A stretch of 10,882 nucleotides of DNA from Pseudomonadota bacterium (GCA_043818055.1 JBDRGF010000057.1:1-10882); one strand, 5' to 3'. Shown: positions 1-7,736, numbered from the stretch's first letter. The notes: a model not told the origin generated them from the letters alone. Numbers and translations: made by a program.

Positions 1-2151
1 ACAGCCCTCAAGGAGGGCGAAGGAACTGTCACAGTAGAACCTGAGTCGGGGGATGCGATTCTTTTGAGCGAGAAACATGCCTGCCCACATTGCAACATAA
101 GTTTTCCTCCGTTAACTCCTCAATTATTTTCATTCAACAACCCGATCGGCGCCTGCCCCGACTGCGAAGGGCTGGGGGTCAGGCAATATTTCTCGACCGA
201 TTTTATAATACCGAACCGGAATTTGAGTTTGAGAGAGGGAGCGATCGCACCGTGGCAATCAAAATCATCCAACTATTACATCAACCTCTACACCGCGTTA
301 TCCAAACATTATAATTTCAACATCTACACACCGTTCGCCGACCTCCCGAAAAAAATTCAGAATCTCATCCTATATGGATCGGGCGATGAGAAGATACGCT
401 TTAACTTCGACGGAAATGACGGCAGGGAGCACGCCTATCACACCCCCTTCAAGGGAGTGATTCCGCATTTGGAGCGAAAATATCGCGAGACCACCTCCGA
501 CGACGTCAGGGAGTGGCTGGGAAAATTCATGAGCAAGAGGCCATGCCCAACCTGCAAAGGATCGCGTCTCAAACCGATGGTATTGAACGTGAAGGTAGGA
601 GAAAAATCGATTGCGGATATCGCATCCCTCTCTATCAGGGATGCTTATACTTTTTTTAGCGATTTAAAGCTGGGAGTGATGCAAAAGACGATCGCAAAAA
701 AACTGCTTCAGGAAATAACAGAGCGTCTCAAATTCATGATCGATGTCGGGCTCGATTATCTCTCTCTCGACAGGCACTCGACAACGCTCGCCGGCGGAGA
801 GGATCAAAGAATAAGGCTCGCGACACAGATCGGCTCAGCGCTAACGGGGGTTCTCTACGTGCTCGATGAGCCATCTATTGGGCTTCATCCCAGAGACAAC
901 TCGAAGCTGATCGAGACACTCAAAAGATTGCGTGATCTGGGAAATACGGTGCTCGTTGTAGAACATGACAAGGAGACTATGCTCGAGTCTGACCACATCA
1001 TCGATCTTGGACCGGGTCCAGGTCAGCAGGGTGGAAAGGTCGTCGCGTTTGGAACGCCGGATGAGATCATGGCTATGCCGCAATCGCTGACTGGTAAATA
1101 TCTCTCAGGCAAAAAGAGCATTTCTGTCCCAAAAAAGAGAAGAAAACCGGTAGGCACCCTCACTCTCAAAGGGGCACGCGAACATAATTTAAAAAATATC
1201 AATGTCGAAATTCCGTTGGGAACGTTCATCACGGTATCCGGAGTCTCCGGCTCCGGTAAATCGACACTCATCACAGACACCCTTTTGCCTGCATTGAAGC
1301 AGAGGCTCTACTCATCAAAGGAACCGGCGGGAGAATACAGAGAGCTGATCGGCTGGGAGAAGATCGACAAGGTGATAGATATCGATCAATCCCCGATTGG
1401 CAGAACACCCAGATCGAATCCGGCGACTTATACAGGTATATTCACACCGATCAGGGAGCTCTTCACCCAACTCCCCGAATCGCGTGCGCGAGGCTACAAA
1501 CCAGGCCGTTTCTCATTCAACGTAAAAGGTGGACGATGCGAGGCCTGCGAGGGTGACGGCACGATTCGGATAGAGATGCAGCTGATGCCGGATGTATATG
1601 TGAAGTGCGAGCAGTGCGAGGGAAAGCGTTTCAACAACGAGACACTCGAATTAAAATACAAGGGGAAGAACATCTCTGAAGTTTTATCCATGACAGTAAA
1701 TCAGGCAGCAAAGTTTTTTGAGAACATCCCGAGCATAAGAAGTAAGCTCGAACGCATGAGAGAGGTGGGACTTGGCTACATTGAGCTTGGGCAGTCTGCG
1801 ACAACACTTTCAGGCGGAGAGGCACAGAGGATAAAGCTTTCAAAGGAGCTGGCAAAGTATTCTACCGGGCAGACCCTCTATATCCTCGATGAACCGACGA
1901 CAGGACTTCATTTCGATGACGTTGAAAAACTGCTCGACGTCTTGGACCTTCTGGTCGATAAAGGAAATACAGTGATAGTGATTGAACACAACCTTGACGT
2001 CATCAAGCATGCGGACTATTGTATCGATCTCGGGCCGGAGGGTGGAGAAAAAGGTGGAGAAATTGTAGCAGTAGGCACGCCTGAAACTCTGGCAGCCGAT
2101 AATAGATCGTTCACGGGAAGTTATTTGAAGAGGGAACTGGATAATAAATAA
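1..2151 (+). CDS. uvrA: Excinuclease ABC subunit A (5' end lies upstream of the window)
   Basis: Frame is open from base 1 (TALKEGEG...) into the 64..2151 ORF. UvrA hallmarks: FSFNNPIGACPDCEGLG, VLDEPSIGLH, Walker A GVSGSGKST, IDQSPIGRTPRSNPATY, Zn-finger GRCEACEGDG...CEQCEG, LSGGEAQR, ILDEPTTGLH. Confidence 0.98.
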   Translation, partial: TALKEGEGTVTVEPESGDAILLSEKHACPHCNISFPPLTPQLFSFNNPIGACPDCEGLGVRQYFSTDFIIPNRNLSLREGAIAPWQSKSSNYYINLYTALSKHYNFNIYTPFADLPKKIQNLILYGSGDEKIRFNFDGNDGREHAYHTPFKGVIPHLERKYRETTSDDVREWLGKFMSKRPCPTCKGSRLKPMVLNVKVGEKSIADIASLSIRDAYTFFSDLKLGVMQKTIAKKLLQEITERLKFMIDVGLDYLSLDRHSTTLAGGEDQRIRLATQIGSALTGVLYVLDEPSIGLHPRDNSKLIETLKRLRDLGNTVLVVEHDKETMLESDHIIDLGPGPGQQGGKVVAFGTPDEIMAMPQSLTGKYLSGKKSISVPKKRRKPVGTLTLKGAREHNLKNINVEIPLGTFITVSGVSGSGKSTLITDTLLPALKQRLYSSKEPAGEYRELIGWEKIDKVIDIDQSPIGRTPRSNPATYTGIFTPIRELFTQLPESRARGYKPGRFSFNVKGGRCEACEGDGTIRIEMQLMPDVYVKCEQCEGKRFNNETLELKYKGKNISEVLSMTVNQAAKFFENIPSIRSKLERMREVGLGYIELGQSATTLSGGEAQRIKLSKELAKYSTGQTLYILDEPTTGLHFDDVEKLLDVLDLLVDKGNTVIVIEHNLDVIKHADYCIDLGPEGGEKGGEIVAVGTPETLAADNRSFTGSYLKRELDNK

Positions 2152-2168
2152 TTTATCGCAATGAGGGT

Positions 2169-2241
2169 CCCTCCCCTTTATAATGGGAGGCTAGGTGGGG
2201 TAAAGATTTACCTCCCCCATCCCCTCCTTATAAAGGAGGGG
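2169..2241. repeat. Inverted pair of REP-like CCCCTCCTT-n3-AAGGAGGGG hairpin units
   Basis: Perfect 9-bp stem cccctcctt-ata-aaggagggg at 2221-2241. A degenerate, oppositely oriented unit lies at 2169-2202 (ccctcccctttataatgggaggctaggtggggta vs reverse complement of 2209-2241 cccctcctttataaggaggggatgggggaggta). Confidence 0.75.
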
Positions 2242-2275
2242 CGCAATAACCAGTAACCGTTTTTAGGAGATGCTT

Positions 2276-3283
2276 ATGAAAAATAAATTTTTATGTTTTA
2301 CAATTCTCGGAATCTTTTTCGCAATCTCGCTGCCGATGATAGCATCGGCTGAGATGAGATCAGTTGAGAGAACATTTTCTGTCGGAACGAAGAGCCTTTC
2401 GATTCAGGCGATCTGCGATTCACAATCGATCAAGAAGACCGAATCGAGGCTTGGCGAAATCGGAATCGAGGCCTCTTCATTATATACAAGGCTCATAATG
2501 ACAGAACAGGGAGAGATCAACGCCCTCCCCCCTAAAAAAGCCTTTCCCCTTTCACAGGATATGTTCGAACTAGTATCAGAGGGATTAAAGCTCTCTGAGG
2601 AGACCGACGGCTGGTTTGATATCGCCTCCGCCAAACGAACTTCCTTCGCATTCACAACAAAGGATTGGCGCAGACTCAAACTCGACAAGGAAAACAAAAC
2701 GATATCCTTTAAGAGCAAAAATATGCAGATTCAACTCGATGAGATATTTTTCGCATTTTTGGTCGATCGCCTGACCGAGAGACTCTCATCTGAGGGATAC
2801 TCGAACTATTCTATCTGCATCGATAACAGCATCTGCAGAAATAACGGAAATGATATCTACACGAAATGGCAATATCAGGTGGTGCTCGCTGGTGGCGAAT
2901 TTGCCAAGCGCGCCTATGCATACTGGGTCTCCGACATAGCCTACACAGAGATCACACCTGAAAAACTTGGAGACGAGCTTACCGATGCTAAGAGCGGCGA
3001 TAAGGTTAGACAAGAGCTTTTGAGCGCTACTGCGATGGCTCATAAATCGACTACGGCTACAGCGATGGCGATAGCTGCTTATACGGTCGGACCCAAAGGT
3101 GCAGAAGCATTTATCAAGCGCTATCCGCAGATCAAGGCTATCATCGTCACGCCTAAGGAGATGTTCACATCCCTTGGCATGGAATATAAATCACCCGACT
3201 ATCAGAAGGAGCTGCAGGATATCACAGCATCTCCCGATCTCGGGCCTAAGGATATGAAGCTTAGGAAAAAGGAGGAGGAGTGA
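2276..3283 (+). CDS. Secreted ApbE-like (FAD:protein FMN transferase fold) protein with degenerate active site
   Basis: AGGAG at 2265-2269 favours ATG 2276 over 2270. Sec-type signal peptide (..ISLPMIASA/EM). ApbE-like segments in order: LSQDMFELVSEGLKLSEETDGWFDI, LKLDKENKTISFKSKNMQIQL, WQYQV, LTDAKSG, LLSATAMA..A.AMAIAAYTVG. Confidence 0.72.
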   Translation: MKNKFLCFTILGIFFAISLPMIASAEMRSVERTFSVGTKSLSIQAICDSQSIKKTESRLGEIGIEASSLYTRLIMTEQGEINALPPKKAFPLSQDMFELVSEGLKLSEETDGWFDIASAKRTSFAFTTKDWRRLKLDKENKTISFKSKNMQIQLDEIFFAFLVDRLTERLSSEGYSNYSICIDNSICRNNGNDIYTKWQYQVVLAGGEFAKRAYAYWVSDIAYTEITPEKLGDELTDAKSGDKVRQELLSATAMAHKSTTATAMAIAAYTVGPKGAEAFIKRYPQIKAIIVTPKEMFTSLGMEYKSPDYQKELQDITASPDLGPKDMKLRKKEEE

Positions 3284-4176
3284 CAAAATATTTCATAAGG
3301 GTTCTTCTCATCTTTTTTTTGCTTCCATCCTCTCTCTTAGCTGAGGAATACAATACCGAGATGAAGCTCTACCCCAAGCAGTTCAAACTCGACGAGGGAA
3401 TAGCTGTCGGCATCATCATCATGGATCAGAAGCACCAGGATTCCAAAATAACTCCTATAATGGAGAAGTTGGAACTTGAGGCAAGAGAGATTTTTGCTCC
3501 ACTCGATGAAAGAAATCTGACGAGCGACATCATAAGATTCAACAGCACTGATAAGCCGAAGGCTTTCAGCTCCACACCTTTTTTTGCAGCTATCATCGAT
3601 TCGGCAGTGATAATTGCTAAGGATACCAGAGGAGAGGTGAACCTCTTCGAACCAAATAATACAAAGTCCTATAAGAAAGTCCGCGTCAACCTCAACAAGT
3701 CACTCATCAATGTTGGGGATAGCAATATTAAGGTGAACATAAAACCGATCGTTCCGGGATTCATAGCGGACATGCTGATAAAAAGAATTGAGGCTCTGGG
3801 AATTCAAAATGCCCTCGTCAAAGTATCCAATTCCTATAAAGCCATTGGCACTTCAAACAATGGGCCATGGAAGATTCAAATACATGATCCGGTTGGAGCC
3901 TTCACTAACAGGGCTATCTACGTCAGCATAAAGGATGCTGGCCTAACGACAATAAATTTCAAGCTCTTCAAAGAATATCTTATCGATTCATCACCACCTT
4001 CGGATGACTTAAGCACTGTCACAGTGATCGCGAAGAATAGCGCAACTTCAGCGACCTTCGCCTTCGCAGCCTTTAAAATGGGAATGAATGGAGCAAAGAT
4101 AATGCTTGAAAAGTTCGGATATAAGGGGATTATATCGAGCAAACAGGGAAACTTTATAAGAACAAATGGCTTTTAA
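3280..4176 (+). CDS. Second secreted ApbE-like protein with degenerate active site
   Basis: GTGA overlap with the upstream gene and AGGAGG RBS. Signal peptide (..LLPSSLLA/EE). ApbE-like segments SDIIRFN, GFIADML, GIQNALV, GPWKIQIHDP, LSTVTVIAKNSATS..FAFAAFKMG. Confidence 0.75.
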   Translation: MTKYFIRVLLIFFLLPSSLLAEEYNTEMKLYPKQFKLDEGIAVGIIIMDQKHQDSKITPIMEKLELEAREIFAPLDERNLTSDIIRFNSTDKPKAFSSTPFFAAIIDSAVIIAKDTRGEVNLFEPNNTKSYKKVRVNLNKSLINVGDSNIKVNIKPIVPGFIADMLIKRIEALGIQNALVKVSNSYKAIGTSNNGPWKIQIHDPVGAFTNRAIYVSIKDAGLTTINFKLFKEYLIDSSPPSDDLSTVTVIAKNSATSATFAFAAFKMGMNGAKIMLEKFGYKGIISSKQGNFIRTNGF

Positions 4177-4190
4177 AAAAGGAGAATAAA

Positions 4191-4457
4191 ATGTCTGACA
4201 AAGAAAAAAAGGATTTAGAACTGCCGGAGATGGATGATTTCGATGAGAGCGACGCTGAAAATCTCGACTACGAAGATGAGAATTTCGACGATCTGCTCTA
4301 CGGCGGTCCGGATGAGATGGTCGCAGCCTGCATGACAATCGCCTGCGAGCTCAACAAGATTCGCAGAAAACATCATGACGATGACAAGGCGTTAGAAGAA
4401 GTGAAGAAGACTTTCGATTACGTCATGGAAAAGATGGGTGAAGCTACAGAGGAATAA
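4191..4457 (+). CDS. Small, highly acidic hypothetical protein (88 aa)
   Basis: AGGAG RBS at 4180-4184; fills the gap between flanking genes exactly; D/E-rich N-terminal half and helical-looking C-terminal half. Confidence 0.85.
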   Translation: MSDKEKKDLELPEMDDFDESDAENLDYEDENFDDLLYGGPDEMVAACMTIACELNKIRRKHHDDDKALEEVKKTFDYVMEKMGEATEE

Positions 4458-4458
4458 T

Positions 4459-5412
4459 ATGCCCTCTAAAAATCCTAGTCTCGTAATAGCACTGGGTGGC
4501 AACGCTATCAGCAAGCCTGGTATGCGTGGGACTATCAGCGAACAGTATTATTCGACCAGAGAGACGATGCATCACGTTGTGAAAATGATCTCTGCCGGGT
4601 ACAAGAAAATTCTGATCACCCATGGAAATGGGCCACAGATAGGCAGCGTCATTTTACGAAGTGAGATGGCTGCAAAGGTGACTTATACCCTTCCGATTGA
4701 CACCTGTGTTGCCGACACACAGGGCGGCATGGGATATATGATTCAACAGGTGCTATCCAACTGTTTGCGTGACAAGAAAATCAAAAAACCGGTTATCACT
4801 CTGATTACACAGATTGAGGTCGACGCACACGATGACGCGTTTGAAAATCCATCGAAACCGATTGGTAAATTTTACACCAAACGACAAGCGATGGAGCTGA
4901 TGGCTGGTAAGGATTGGTGCATGCGCGAGGATGCAGGCCGTGGTTGGCGCCGTGTAATCGCATCACCCAAACCAAAAAAGATTTTAGAGGCAGAATCGAT
5001 TAAAGAGCTCTTTCATAAGGGGCATATAGTTATAGCAGCCGGTGGCGGCGGAATCCCAGTCAGCCTCAATCGACTTAAGAAGTATTACGGAGTGGAAGCG
5101 GTGATTGACAAAGATTTATCAAGCGCCCTTCTCGCGCACTCTATCAAAGCCGATATTTTATTGATATTGACCGGTGTTGAATATGCGTACACCAGTTTCG
5201 GAACGAAGAAACAAAAGGCCCTTAAAAACACAAATATCGCTGAACTAAAGAAGCTTTTAAAAGCTGGAGAATTTGCAGCTGGAAGCATGAAACCGAAGAT
5301 CGAAGCCTGCTTAAATTTTCTAAAACATGGTGGGAAAAAAGCGATCATCACCTCTATCCCGAATATCCAAAAGGCCCTGAAGGGTAAAACGGGCACGCAT
5401 ATTGTGAAGTGA
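4459..5412 (+). CDS. arcC: Carbamate kinase
   Basis: VIALGGNAI, ITHGNGPQIG, ADTQGGMGY, AFENPSKPIG, EDAGRGWRRVIASPKP, AGGGGIPV, GVEAVIDKD, GSMKPKIEA, GTHI. ATG 4459 (1 nt after the upstream TAA) is preferred over GTG 4438. Confidence 0.96.
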   Translation: MPSKNPSLVIALGGNAISKPGMRGTISEQYYSTRETMHHVVKMISAGYKKILITHGNGPQIGSVILRSEMAAKVTYTLPIDTCVADTQGGMGYMIQQVLSNCLRDKKIKKPVITLITQIEVDAHDDAFENPSKPIGKFYTKRQAMELMAGKDWCMREDAGRGWRRVIASPKPKKILEAESIKELFHKGHIVIAAGGGGIPVSLNRLKKYYGVEAVIDKDLSSALLAHSIKADILLILTGVEYAYTSFGTKKQKALKNTNIAELKKLLKAGEFAAGSMKPKIEACLNFLKHGGKKAIITSIPNIQKALKGKTGTHIVK

Positions 5413-5414
5413 TC

Positions 5415-5691
5415 TCAAACAAATCCGGTAAAAAAATGAGAGGCTTTGATCAGCGATATTTTATTAGTTAAAAACTCATTATTTGTTCTATGCAAAACCT
5501 GATATCTGAAAGGAATATTCAGACGTTCAGAAAAGTAAATTAGGTGAGGCGAAATATTCTCATCGGCCAGCTTACATTCCACAACAAACCAGGGCGTGTA
5601 GTCTTTCCAGTCTGACGGGGGCCTGCTATAAAAACCATCTTTTCCTTTAAATCTCCCTCCAGAATCTTTCAATATATCTGTGTATATACAT
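5415..5691 (-). pseudogene. Internally deleted, frameshifted AAA_14/DUF4143-type ATPase remnant
   Basis: From ATG 5691: MYIHRYIE, frameshift, ILEGDLKEKMVFIAGPRQTGKTT (Walker A, ends 5597), then at once in another frame PWFVVECKLADENISPHLIYFSERLNIPFRYQV...HFFTGFV* (5594-5415), typical of the C-terminal PD-(D/E)XK-like tail of this family. Confidence 0.85.
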
Positions 5692-5694
5692 ACT

Positions 5695-5754
5695 GAAATT
5701 TTCGCCTCAAAGCAAAAATAAATGCAAGTTTTTTTGCTTTGAGGCAAAAATTTC
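5695..5754 (-). promoter_or_regulatory. 24-bp inverted repeat (23/24 match) overlapping a candidate leaderless sigma70 promoter
   Basis: Arms 5695-5718 and 5731-5754, with a perfect 15-bp core gcctcaaagcaaaaa/tttttgctttgaggc. Minus-strand TTGCAT (5727-5722) lies in the 12-nt spacer, GAAAAT at 5703-5698, ATG at 5691 with no Shine-Dalgarno. Confidence 0.65.
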
Positions 5755-5799
5755 CGCAATAAAATCTGACCGTCGTTGATTTCGTGGGACCTGAACAAT

Positions 5800-7221
5800 C
5801 TACTCGACTACAAACCCACTCCTCAGAAGCCTGCTATAGGTAAAAAGATATGAAATGCTTTTGGCAAGACCGTAGGTCCTCACCTGAAGTGCTTGCAGAT
5901 AGAAGCGGCGCGCCTTGTATTTTTCCGATGGAATCCTTTTATCCCACAGATATTTATATAGCCTCACGAGATGTTTTTGCTTTTTGGGATAAACCTTTCT
6001 GAAACGCAGTTTGCGCCACTTCAATTGATCGAACCTGTCTTTCTTGCCTTTTGCTGATGATGAAACTGAAAATTGATATCTGTAGAGATCCTCCTCCACA
6101 TCTGTAACAAAATTGAGTATGTTGTAGTAATGTGAATCCATCACAACAGTCGGTTTGTGAGGATCAAAGAGATACGGAGAGCACCTGTAGTATTTGGTTT
6201 TATAAGTTGATTTGATCTGATTCATCGTCTTCCTCATCCCTTCAGCCAGCATCTTATGCCAAATTTCAATCGTATCCCGTTCACTATAGATTGAATAGGG
6301 CGCATCGGATTCACCCCCATTTTTTGTAAAGACGAGATCACCACCGATGAACACAAAGGCGTGCGTATATACCTCACCTCCATGGATGATGCCGATATCT
6401 CCAACTCTCTTCTGATCCCGATTCCCAATTGTGTGACACCCCTCTCTCTGTGCCCAAAGAACAGTTTCATCCTTGCCGCTCCAGCGAGGTGTCTTTGCGT
6501 ATCCCATTGCATACATGACAGCACCAAAACAGTTAGGACCGATATCAAAGTGCTGTTTTGATATCATATTTCTGACACGCTGTGGGAGAAACGGCACGAT
6601 CGGCAGGAGATATACAGACAACCCTCTGAACTTTTTATCTCGAAGTGATAATTGAACTGTGTAAATTTTCCCGGCAGTAAATACAGGATCTCTTGATAAC
6701 TTGCGGCTCCATTGCATATTTGAACCGATAATTTTATAGAGATCGTTCACATTTGTAGCCACAAGATAGTAGCGTCCATCCTTGATCATCCCATGTGGCC
6801 GAATGACCGACGACCCATTTCTATTGGCGACTGGAATTTTTTTGTTTTTATTATAGTATGGCACGCTCAGATAGTAACTCGCTCCCTCTTTTACAAGCTT
6901 CAAGCCGAGAGCTTTGGCATTTTTAGTTTGTGTCGTTATTGAATACTTGTATCGGCCTACAATATTCCGTGACCACCAGCGGTTCAATTCAACAGTTTGA
7001 TACCAAAAGCCTGGCAGATTAAATCTCTTTATAATTTTTTGAAAATCCGGATGTTTTCTATTATAAGTTGTTCCATTCACTCGAATGTTAACAGCTTCAT
7101 CAGCCTGAACAGCACCATCAAAAGTGCGATCTTTGTTACTCTTGTCGTAGTGAACGATTTGAATATTCTTCCCACTTTTTTCAGCGGCGTATGTTACTCG
7201 CATAGTTTTGGAAACAGACAT
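5800..7221 (-). CDS. Hypothetical protein (473 aa) with central papain/NlpC-P60-like Cys-His domain
   Basis: Long ORF with AGGAGGT RBS (7232-7226). GPNCFGAV (C231) then VGDIGII..THAFVFIGGDLVFTKNG (H287) match the order and spacing of NlpC/P60-superfamily folds. K/R/Y-rich; no signal peptide. Confidence 0.7.
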   Translation of the reverse strand: MSVSKTMRVTYAAEKSGKNIQIVHYDKSNKDRTFDGAVQADEAVNIRVNGTTYNRKHPDFQKIIKRFNLPGFWYQTVELNRWWSRNIVGRYKYSITTQTKNAKALGLKLVKEGASYYLSVPYYNKNKKIPVANRNGSSVIRPHGMIKDGRYYLVATNVNDLYKIIGSNMQWSRKLSRDPVFTAGKIYTVQLSLRDKKFRGLSVYLLPIVPFLPQRVRNMISKQHFDIGPNCFGAVMYAMGYAKTPRWSGKDETVLWAQREGCHTIGNRDQKRVGDIGIIHGGEVYTHAFVFIGGDLVFTKNGGESDAPYSIYSERDTIEIWHKMLAEGMRKTMNQIKSTYKTKYYRCSPYLFDPHKPTVVMDSHYYNILNFVTDVEEDLYRYQFSVSSSAKGKKDRFDQLKWRKLRFRKVYPKKQKHLVRLYKYLWDKRIPSEKYKARRFYLQALQVRTYGLAKSISYLFTYSRLLRSGFVVE

Positions 7222-7261
7222 CTCGACCTCCTGAAGAGCGTTCTTGTTTGAATTCAGTCTG

Positions 7262-7290
7262 GTTATCGGTCAATCCTATATATTTGTTGC
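7262..7290 (-). promoter_or_regulatory. Candidate sigma28 (FliA/WhiG)-like promoter for the 473-aa gene
   Basis: Minus strand GCAAC-N16-CCGATAAC. ACCGATAA is 7/8 to the sigma28 -10 consensus GCCGATAA, about 40 nt upstream of the ATG. The -35 is non-canonical. Confidence 0.5.
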
Positions 7291-7401
7291 TAGTTTATTT
7301 ATTATTATTTTTCAAGGCATTATGGTGATTGTCATTACGAATTAACCAAATAAAGAAAAAACCAAACATTTGCACCGAAAGTCTATATCCAGGTGTCTTG
7401 T

Positions 7402-7495
7402 TAAAGGCAGTTATTAGTGCATAGTGCATAGTGTTTAGTGTTTAGTCTTTAGTGTGTAGTGTGTAGTGAAAAGTAAACACTACACACTGCCTTTA
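7402..7495. repeat. Heptamer-array fold-back element, copy 1
   Basis: Perfect 10-bp terminal inverted repeat TAAAGGCAGT/ACTGCCTTTA. Eight in-phase TAGTNNN heptamers at 7415-7470, then two reverse-complement units. Confidence 0.9.
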
Positions 7496-7573
7496 GAGAA
7501 CAATCACCTCCGTCACCATTTTTTCCTGTTTTTTAGCACAAGCTATATTGGCTATTCGTAATATGGATTCATA

Positions 7574-7599
7574 GTAGCCCATTTTACGCGTAAAATGGG
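7574..7599 (+). repeat. GTAG followed by perfect 22-bp palindrome (REP-like, or operator)
   Basis: GTAG 7574-7577 directly followed by CCCATTTTACGCGTAAAATGGG (7578-7599), which is its own reverse complement. Confidence 0.7.
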
Positions 7600-7701
7600 T
7601 TATGTTAAACTCAAAGTCCAAACACAGATTTTATAATATCCCACAAAGGAAGACTCCACTATAACCCTTTGAAATACCTGCATTTTACTCCAAAAACCCG
7701 C

Positions 7702-7730
7702 TTGCCATGGAAGATTGTTTATGATAGCTC
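7702..7730 (+). promoter_or_regulatory. Candidate sigma70 promoter of the tRNA
   Basis: TTGCCA (7702-7707), 17-nt spacer, TGn-TAGCTC (7725-7730); weak -10. Confidence 0.35.
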
Positions 7731-7736
7731 AATTAC

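Noticed and set aside
5415..5798. 127-aa minus-strand ORF as a real gene
   Set aside because: Only the last ~60 codons look protein-like. The upstream part reads through the inverted repeat and is out of frame with the Walker A segment, so a pseudogene explains it better.
7496..7736. Cargo gene between the two heptamer elements (composite transposon)
   Set aside because: No ORF of meaningful length; only a palindrome and promoter-like sequence are present.
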